Assembly: GCF_001194135.2 (NCBI RefSeq)
Contig: NC_069005.1
Span: 29,290,447 to 29,354,446, forward strand
Source: Octopus bimaculoides
Taxonomy: Eukaryota
Direction: 5' to 3'
DNA: 64,000 nt
Shown: in pieces, positions 53,139-64,000 of the stretch
Layout: each line of letters opens with the position of its first letter
Numbering within the stretch: the stretch's first letter is position 1
Translations under genes and position numbers: made by a program
Notes under the pieces: model-generated
Databases searched by the model: none
Told to the model about the DNA's origin: nothing
What the model saw: the letters and a program-made list of their open reading frames with translations, nothing else

Positions 53139-54489
53139 NNNNNNNNNNNNNNNNNNNNNNNNNNNNNNNNNNNNNNNNNNNNNNNNNNNNNNNNNNNNNN
53201 NNNNNNNNNNNNNNNNNNNNNNNNNNNNNNNNNNNNNNNNNNNNNNNNNNNNNNNNNNNNNNNNNNNNNNNNNNNNNNNNNNNNNNNNNNNNNNNNNNNN
53301 NNNNNNNNNNNNNNNNNNNNNNNNNNNNNNNNNNNNNNNNNNNNNNNNNNNNNNNNNNNNNNNNNNNNNNNNNNNNNNNNNNNNNNNNNNNNNNNNNNNN
53401 NNNNNNNNNNNNNNNNNNNNNNNNNNNNNNNNNNNNNNNNNNNNNNNNNNNNNNNNNNNNNNNNNNNNNNNNNNNNNNNNNNNNNNNNNNNNNNNNNNNN
53501 NNNNNNNNNNNNNNNNNNNNNNNNNNNNNNNNNNNNNNNNNNNNNNNNNNNNNNNNNNNNNNNNNNNNNNNNNNNNNNNNNNNNNNNNNNNNNNNNNNNN
53601 NNNNNNNNNNNNNNNNNNNNNNNNNNNNNNNNNNNNNNNNNNNNNNNNNNNNNNNNNNNNNNNNNNNNNNNNNNNNNNNNNNNNNNNNNNNNNNNNNNNN
53701 NNNNNNNNNNNNNNNNNNNNNNNNNNNNNNNNNNNNNNNNNNNNNNNNNNNNNNNNNNNNNNNNNNNNNNNNNNNNNNNNNNNNNNNNNNNNNNNNNNNN
53801 NNNNNNNNNNNNNNNNNNNNNNNNNNNNNNNNNNNNNNNNNNNNNNNNNNNNNNNNNNNNNNNNNNNACTAAAGATTGCTTCCATACAAAAACTCTTCAA
53901 CTAGCAAATTTTACATCTGATTTCTCATCCAGCCAGAGCATACAATGGAATTTAAGACAACTAATTTGGAACCACTCAATAAGAATACTACAGAAAGCAT
54001 CGGTCATGCTCAAACCAAACTATTAAAACATGGAAGAAAATTGATCCGCAGAAGCTGTTTATCAAAGTGATAAACAATATAGAATAATTTGCAGACTAAT
54101 GTGAAAATAGTAAAGCCATAGGTGAATGCATTCTTCCATTTGTTTTTTTTTTTCAAGTTCTAATACTTCTTGTAACTTCAGTCAGTCAGCAGCAGCATTA
54201 ATAAAAATGCTCCCATGTAGAAATATGCTTACGGTTGGCATACCATCAAAACCAGGGGGATAGCACACCAACAGTGAAACTTGTAGCAGATTCAACGTTA
54301 ACCATTCACATCTACAACAGACTAGTGGCAATAAAGCAAGAAACACTGACATGGAAAAAACGCTTTATAAACAAATTGCTAAGATCTATTCACAAGAGTC
54401 TATCTGAAGAGATTCTTTACGAGAAGGCACCAAAGGACATGCCTGGTTGATTAATTTGGAAAAAAAATAGTGAAGTGGTTAATACTCAC

Positions 54490-54507
54490 AGCATGACCAG
54501 TCAGAGT
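54490..54507 (-). CDS. Candidate 18-nt CHD microexon (adds DSDWSC; next residue becomes Y)
   Basis: ctttgtttcag|ACTCTGACTGGTCATGCT|gtgagt; frame-preserving, phase 1-1, no stop; long pyrimidine tract upstream on the minus strand. Confidence 0.45.
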
Positions 54508-54990
54508 CTGAAACAAAGTGACAAGGTGTTTGGTGAATTACGATTGTTATGGAGGGAAAAAATGAGAGAGAGAGAGAGAGGTAGAGAGAGAGAAACAGAG
54601 GAAAAGAAATAGAAAATGATTGGGTACATGTAAACGTCTAGAAATAATCTTGTTCCTTAGAACTAGTGAAATACACTTGGTTTGTATCTAATAAGAAGGA
54701 CCAGAAACAATCCCAATGGCAGATTGTATGTGAAATCATTCATGAAGCTTTTTGAGATTCAAGCATGATGTATTCATTTTAAATTCTTACAACAGGTGAT
54801 CAAGTTCCTTGCAGTTTTCTTATCTATCAAATTCAAACAATGACATTGCATAACAACAGTTGATAAAGGTTATCCATGCACTATAACTTTCAATAACAAA
54901 ATATATATATATACACATACTGGCATGTAATTTTCAGATATAAACATATATATATATAGATATATAAACATATATTATAATTTTTGGTTA

Positions 54991-55248
<258 letters not shown>

Positions 55249-55842
55249 CTATAAACAAAGGGCAGGGAAAAGGAATATATATTTAGTTTCAAAGTACCAG
55301 CAAACAAACACAGACCCTAGGAAGCTAATATATGAAAATCATCATCATCATCTAATGTCCATTTTCCATGCTGAATAGGTTGGATGATTCGACAGGATCT
55401 GGCAAGCCAGAGGACTGCACCAAGCCCCAATGTCTACTTAGGCATGGTTTCTACAGCTGGATGACCTTCTAATGCCAACCACTTTTACAGAGTGTATTGG
55501 GTGCTTTTTACAAGGCAGCAGCACCAATGATGTCACCAACTAACTTGCAAGACAAACAACCCCTTCAACTGGGGGCGGATATTGATGGCTATGTGCCAGG
55601 TGATGAGAAGTTAAAATACGACAGAGTGTCTTGCTGTAGAAGAGATACATGACTACCTCAGTTGCAAAAGAGAGAAGGTGATTAAGAAATTTCTTGTACA
55701 AGATTTCGTTTATATTTAGATACTGTGAGACACTTAAGAACAATTGTTTACTAGAGCCCTCCATAAAATGTGTTACTGCCCAGGCTCAGTTAGGTAAATA
55801 GATAATAAAATCATGCAAATATTATAATTATGTAAGATTTCA

Positions 55843-56142
<300 letters not shown>

Positions 56143-56204
56143 TCATCTAAAGCAATTAAGTTTGCAACCATTAGAATATTCAAATCTTGTATGCAGATAT
56201 TTCA

Positions 56205-56351
<147 letters not shown>

Positions 56352-57057
56352 CTAAAATAATTTTCACAATATTAGAAATGTTATTAGTCAACAGCTGACT
56401 GATCATATATGACTAGCAAATCTTCTGGAAAACATTCAAAAGCAGTCTTTCACATTTCATATTTCCTTAACTTTTCGTAAGATTTTCTTATTTCTCACAA
56501 ACCTACAATCAAGTTTTCTCCACCTATCCACAACTACAAGGTGTGAAAATTTCTGCAAACCTAGGCACTTCTACAATATACTTTGATACACTTCAAAATT
56601 GAAAAGCAAGAAATAGTTTCCGCATCTTTTTCCTGGTAAAACTATATTTTACATGTATTCTAAGCTATGCAAGAGCAGAATATCTGCCCAAAAGTGAAAC
56701 ACCTATGAGAACAGTTGTAGCATTATTTAATCAAATCAGCAAGGAAGCCATAGACCTATCGATATCTTATTTTCATTAAATTTCAGTCTGAGAGAGAGTA
56801 ATTTGAAATAACAAAATCTACAACAATCAATTAGCCAAATGATTACTAGTAAAATTGCTGCATTATAAATAACATGTCTATACATTAGATAATTTGCAAG
56901 GTTAGTGTAGAAAAGATTTTTCTGATTGAATAATAAATTTGTGTATCTTTGAACACATAAGTCAAACAAAAGTAATCTAATTCTGGCTTTGATTTTCTAG
57001 TAAACTACAACAAAAACAATACTATCAAGAAATATAGATACTGAAATATATTAATTA

Positions 57058-57210
<153 letters not shown>

Positions 57211-57243
57211 CTAAAAAGCAAGAGAGGAAAAAATTCAAAATCA

Positions 57244-57486
<243 letters not shown>

Positions 57487-58036
57487 TCAGATTCTCTGAA
57501 ACAGATGAGTTCTAAATGTATAATGTGCTGACTTATTTGATAATCTATAACTTACTCCTTGCTTATTTTCAAAGACAACTGGTAAAAGTGTCATGTCTAA
57601 ACAGCTATAAACAAATCTAAATTTATGACAGATTTACTACAAAACAGAAGTAAATTAAAATTAAGTAGTGTTTTTGATTCTTATTGCAAAAATTATCAAG
57701 TTTAGACTACAACAATCTAAGCTTTTTTTGTCTTCCAACAAAGCCAAAACAGATCTGTAGACATTAGTCTCTATTCTGAGAGATTATTTAAATCAAAGAC
57801 AAACTTGATAAGCCAACCGCACTAATGACATAAGAGATTCTTATCTCTTTAATCTGAATTCTTATCATCATTTGTAATTTTTGTCACACAGGAATCACAA
57901 ACAATGATAAGAAGAATACAGAATAAGCTGACTATTTTCTCTCCATAAAGCAGCTTTTACAAATTTTTTACTTGTATAATAATCTAAGTTATATCATAAT
58001 TATTAAATCAAGAAGATCGAGTGATGTTCCTACTTA

Positions 58037-58276
<240 letters not shown>

Positions 58277-58939
58277 TTACTGAAAAAGGCATAATGAGAT
58301 AATTAGGCCTGGTCAAACTATATGCCTTCACAACACTCATCTAACTTCTTAACAATCCACAAACCATATCTGTCTGGCAGTCCTATACAGCCTGAAATCA
58401 CACAAATAAAAGCCCTCTGATTACATTTGTTTTATGAACTCTAATGTAAGGGAAAAGTTTTAATCCTTTCTGCCATATTTTGCAATATTCCTTAATATCA
58501 AGCTCACATGTCGTTCCAATTTTTGCTATTTCTTCCAGCCTTTTTATAGAAATTTTCTTTGTAAAATAACCAAGATTTTGGAGATGACATACAATCTTAA
58601 CTTATATGTGAAACAAAAGGGAAATGTCAATCCCAGGATATATTGTTTCTGATCTGAGTAACTGTTTTGCTTGTAAACTTCATAAGGAATAGGCTGCATA
58701 AAGGCCAGGGTAAAAACTATTCGTCATGTTTGTATGTCCATATCTATCAATTTCATTAAATTTATCAACAACACCAGAAAAGTCTCTTTAAAACTTGTCA
58801 ATTCCTAAATTCAACAAAAAGTGAAAAGGCTATCTAAGTTTTGTTTCCTGATTTTATTTTTCTAACATCCCGAGAATAATTCAAAAGAAAAAAAAGAGAA
58901 AACCATAAGTGAATGCTAAAAAGATGTTAAGAAAATTTA

Positions 58940-59203
<264 letters not shown>

Positions 59204-59561
59204 TCACCAACAGGTACCGGTTTCTCAACAAAAAGATTTCATATTCTGTAAGTTTTTCAAAAGTACAAAACGGAACCATCACAATATTAACAAGGAATAT
59301 AAACATTATTCACTGTTTCAATCAAGTGAAGCCGTGGGTTTGTCAACATTCACACACACACACATACAGGCTCCGGTGGGTTCCATCTACTAAATTTACT
59401 CCCCAAGCAGTGGTTTGACAAAGTATCACACAGTGGGTACTGAAACCACATGAACACCAAGTGGACTTATCCACACGGCCAAAAATCTTATCTCTAAAGA
59501 TAAAGGTTAATAGTTGGAAAAGAAATCTTAACAAATCAGAAACATTTAGATGATTTCATCA

Positions 59562-59822
<261 letters not shown>

Positions 59823-60025
59823 TTAAAAGACGTATGGTTAAAAGAAAATTAGAGAACAATTTCTGTGGCAGAAAATCAAGGAAATGAACAGAAACCTCAC
59901 AAACTAACAGAATGTGTGTGACTAAAGGGTTAAAAAGAAATATGCATAGTTAAATGTAAGGGTTAGAAGAAAACTTGGAGGACAATTTCTGTTGCAGAAA
60001 ATCAACAAAGCAGAGAAATGACTTA

Positions 60026-60163
<138 letters not shown>

Positions 60164-60232
60164 CTACAGTTTTTAAAAAGAAAAAGAAAAGAAAAAAATT
60201 AAATCCTTGTCCTGCTGATTACTACAAGTCTA

Positions 60233-60610
<378 letters not shown>

Positions 60611-61237
60611 TTAAATTCTCTAGTGTTATTTATATTCATACCAAACTTCCTGATGTTCAACAGATTTGAAAGGGGCCTCTTTTACATTATACTTTGACCT
60701 GTTTAAGCTGTGCATACTCACAAATAGGCCTAGCTTTATAACTTTACATATAAAACTAATACAATGACAAAATCACTTGGACATAGTAGTAGTGACTGTA
60801 GCTGCTGGAAACAAGACAACCTTGCTAGTGCTGTAGCCATGATAAAGTGCACCTAGCACAATGTAAAGTGGTTAGTGCAGGAACAGAGATAACATAGGGC
60901 CAAGGCAAGCCTTTAGACCTACCAAAGACATGGCAAGCTCCCTGCCTTGGGGCCACAATAAAAAGCACTCAGCACACACTGTAAAGTGGATCATGTTGTA
61001 AAAGACATCCCACTCATAGACACTATGCCAAAGCTAGAACATGAGCAAGGTATGATCACGTGATGTGTCTAGACAGGGAACTACATTGAATAAGAACTGA
61101 TATGGATCACAGCAATGTATCTCTTGAAAACTATCATTAAAATTAATAACCACAAATTCTATATTTTATGTACCTCTACTGACATGTATACAAAGAGAAG
61201 TACCAAAATGAAAATACAGAAACGATATGCTACTTAC

Positions 61238-61361
61238 ATCAGAAGTAGGATAGAGGGGTGGCGTACGAGAAACATTATCCGATTCTCGTCCATCTTTCAT
61301 TTTTTTCCCCTTTACTTTTGATTTCTTTTTATCGACCCCACCACCTCCGTACATCATATTT
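61238..61361 (-). CDS. CHD4: CHD exon, Lys-rich linker (NMMYGGGGVDKKKSKVKGKK...PPLYPTSD)
   Basis: ttccag/gtaagt, 124 nt phase 2-0, joins both neighbours in frame. Confidence 0.88.
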
Positions 61362-62342
61362 CTGGAAAAAGGATATTTTGCATGTAAATAAAGCAGAATT
61401 GAAAATAAACAATACAAAAATTAAAACACACACAAACAGTGAAAATTGTGACTGACACCCCACCAACAAGGTACTTTATCAATCTCTCATCAAAATGTTC
61501 AATAAAACTCAGACAACGGAGCACTGATCAAAACTGGCAAGGACTCGCTGGTAAACTGTCTTAACTGATTTAATGTTTTTGTTAATTGGTTTCAGTCAAT
61601 CAACTGTTTGGGGCACAGTTTTTAATGGCATAGTCAATGGAAATCAAATCAGTACTTGTAGACTGATGTTAACCAAATGCCAAAAGATGAACCATAATCA
61701 TGATCATCATTTAACATCCACCTTCCATGGCATGGGTTGGACGGTTTGACAGGAGCTGGCCAACTCCAGCCACATTTTAATACACAACATAAAGGCAGGT
61801 AAACAAGTATTAGGATATTTTGTGTAATGCACAATTGATTCTGCAATCTTCTATTTAGGAAAAGCTGACAAAACACACATTATTTTGCTTGCCATAAATG
61901 CCAATATAGTGTTTTAAATAATGCAGAAATAAGAAACTAATGAACTTTAGGGAGTCAAAGAGGAAACAAAAGACAATGTGGACAGTTTAACCTATTTAAA
62001 GAGACATCTTTGAGGGTTAAATTTGGTAAGATTGTGAAATATTTGCTATATTTCTGAACTAGAAAAAGTACAACTGTTTTAGAGTTTAATGCAATAAGCA
62101 GCACTATTTGAACTTACTTGCCTTAAAAAGGCAGGACACATGGACCTTGTGAGCAATTTTCCTGCAGGGGGGACCCCACAAGTGCTAGCAATTCTTGAAA
62201 TGGGACAGGAGTATAAGACATATATACACAAAATCAAGGTACAAATATCTACTAATAGTATAAGTTGCATCTTCTTTTTACAAGGAAGATGGAAATCATT
62301 TAAGTGCACTGAGAGGAAAGAGAAGTGAGAGGAATTAAATAC

Positions 62343-62483
62343 CTTAAGTTTTCGTAATCATCAACGTATTTCTTCCAGTCAAGGTTCAAGTCCTTGAGTG
62401 TGTCTTCACATTCCCATGTTGACTGGTCATAAGGTAAATCTCTCCATTTCATTAAGTACCATACTTTCCCATCTCTTGTAACC
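62343..62483 (-). CDS. CHD4: CHD exon, chromodomain 2 (VTRDGKVWYLMKWRDLPYDQSTWE...YENL)
   Basis: gaacag/gtattt, 141 nt phase 2-2; KWRDLPYDQ motif. Confidence 0.95.
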
Positions 62484-62521
62484 CTGTTCAAAAACCACAC
62501 GAGATTTCAGTATATTTATAT

Positions 62522-62552
<31 letters not shown>

Positions 62553-62676
62553 TGTGTGTGTGTGTGTGTGTGTGGGCAAATTAAGTGTTTATGCATGAAT
62601 GAGTACAAATATTTTTAATTGTGGGTTTTAGAGTGAAAGAAAGGATATATAATACTATAACAGAAGAACAACGCAC

Positions 62677-62876
62677 TTGTGGTTAATAGCTCGATGGATT
62701 TGCAACCATTCTGGTCGCACACCATACCGATAAAACCTTTCTTCAAGGTTTTCAATGTTATCAAAGTTTGACCGATCCTTCTGACCATAACTGCTGCCGT
62801 CTTCAAGAGGGGGTGGTTCATCCATGTCATTTTTACGCATGTAGTTTCGATACATGGCTGGGTGATACACATCAAG
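62677..62876 (-). CDS. CHD4: CHD exon, chromo linker and start of chromodomain 2 ([22 protein letters not shown]...[22 protein letters not shown])
   Basis: tttcag/gtgcgt, 200 nt phase 0-2. Confidence 0.95.
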
Positions 62877-63226
62877 CTGAAAATGCAATATGAAATACCA
62901 ATAAATTAGAAATTCTTTTCAAGAAGAGAAAGTGACATAGACAAGCAGAGATTTATGCTGGGCACTGGCCCCACCAATCTCACCCATCTGGCAGGGAGAC
63001 CTGCAAAGGTCTAAGGCACTCCCCTTCCTGATTAATTATAATTAATGAAAATTTTATTGATAACACAAACTATTTTTTTTAGAAAATTTGAGTCAACCTT
63101 GATGTGATTTGAAATTAAAAATATTTATCAAAAAGCTAAACATATAGAAATGAAATATGATGCAAATCCAGGAGAGCAATGTTATTTCTACCAGTTATGG
63201 AAGAATAAAAAAACTGAAATTCTCTA

Positions 63227-63388
<162 letters not shown>

Positions 63389-63773
63389 TCATGAATCACT
63401 TCAGTTGATAAAATAATATGGTAAATTTGATAACTTGTGAAGTATTTGCTATATTTCTGAGCTGGAAAAAGTACAACTATTTCAAGACTTTAATGCAAGA
63501 AGCAGCACTTGATCACCTTAAAAAAGAAAGACAAAGACCTCCTGAGCAGTCTATCTTGTGGAGTGTACCCACCTTAGTGCTACTAACTCAAATGTTTAAA
63601 GAAGAAACAATAAAAAGGAAAGAGACGGTCAAGATCACAGTTATTGGTGTGCTGGTTTCACCAGCAGAACTAATGCTCTTCCTTTTCACACCTACAGAAG
63701 TGGTGACATGTTGAAGACAATATTACAGTAAACAAACTAAGGCTTAGATTAATGAGCATGAAAATATATTCAC

Positions 63774-63881
63774 CAATTTTTTCTCATTATGTGTATGATC
63801 CAGCTCGTCCTCTGCAGATTTTGGTGGCTCTGACCATCTCCAAGTGAGAATTTTGTGAACCTTTCCTTTAAGAGGTTCACA
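63774..63881 (-). CDS. CHD4: CHD3/4/5 (Mi-2) exon, start of chromodomain 1 (CEPLKGKVHKILTWRWSEPP...EKKL); gene continues 5' beyond window
   Basis: tttttttag acceptor, gtgaat donor, 108 nt phase 0-0; matches CHD4-family CPxLKGKVQKILxW motif. Confidence 0.9.
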
Positions 63882-64000
63882 CTAAAAAAAGGGAAAGATT
63901 AACAGGCATTAAAAACAAGTCAATATATAAATATACACATTTTCATTCCCTTTTACTCACACATACATGCACACAGACTTCATTTCACACTTAGAGAAGG

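Noticed and set aside
54234-54280. Exon-like segment ending at gtaagc donor in the CHD intron
   Set aside because: 47 nt, frame-breaking, weak acceptor, no protein similarity

Overview
Eukaryotic, AT-rich, intron-rich genomic DNA with 7 assembly gaps. The SINE and MITE content resembles octopod cephalopods; the species call is inference only. Two minus-strand genes lie in tandem. (1) A CHD3/4/5 (Mi-2) chromatin remodeller: I traced 29 coding exons by hand from 63881 to 34256. All splice phases are compatible and give about 1631 aa covering two chromodomains, the SNF2 ATPase/helicase, DUF1087/DUF1086, a long charged linker and CHDCT2. The 5' end with the PHD fingers lies beyond the window. (2) Androglobin (ADGB): ATG at 11248 and 11 visible exons of the N-terminal calpain-like region; the gene runs off the left edge. 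Best-supported unusual features: a U12-type intron in CHD (37541-38747), an RFX X-box about 150 bp upstream of the ADGB ATG, apparent loss of the calpain catalytic Cys in ADGB, and a 672-nt T[DE]K-repeat exon in CHD. More speculative: an 18-nt CHD microexon, an AG-less cassette exon that might depend on A-to-I editing, several alternative CHD C-terminal/3'UTR exons, and inverted SINE pairs around exons. Introns and the intergenic region hold tRNA-derived SINEs, RTE/RLE/L1-type LINE remnants, piggyBac-like (TTAA) and Tc1/mariner-like (TA) MITEs, and microsatellites. No CRISPR arrays, rRNA or true tRNA genes were seen.
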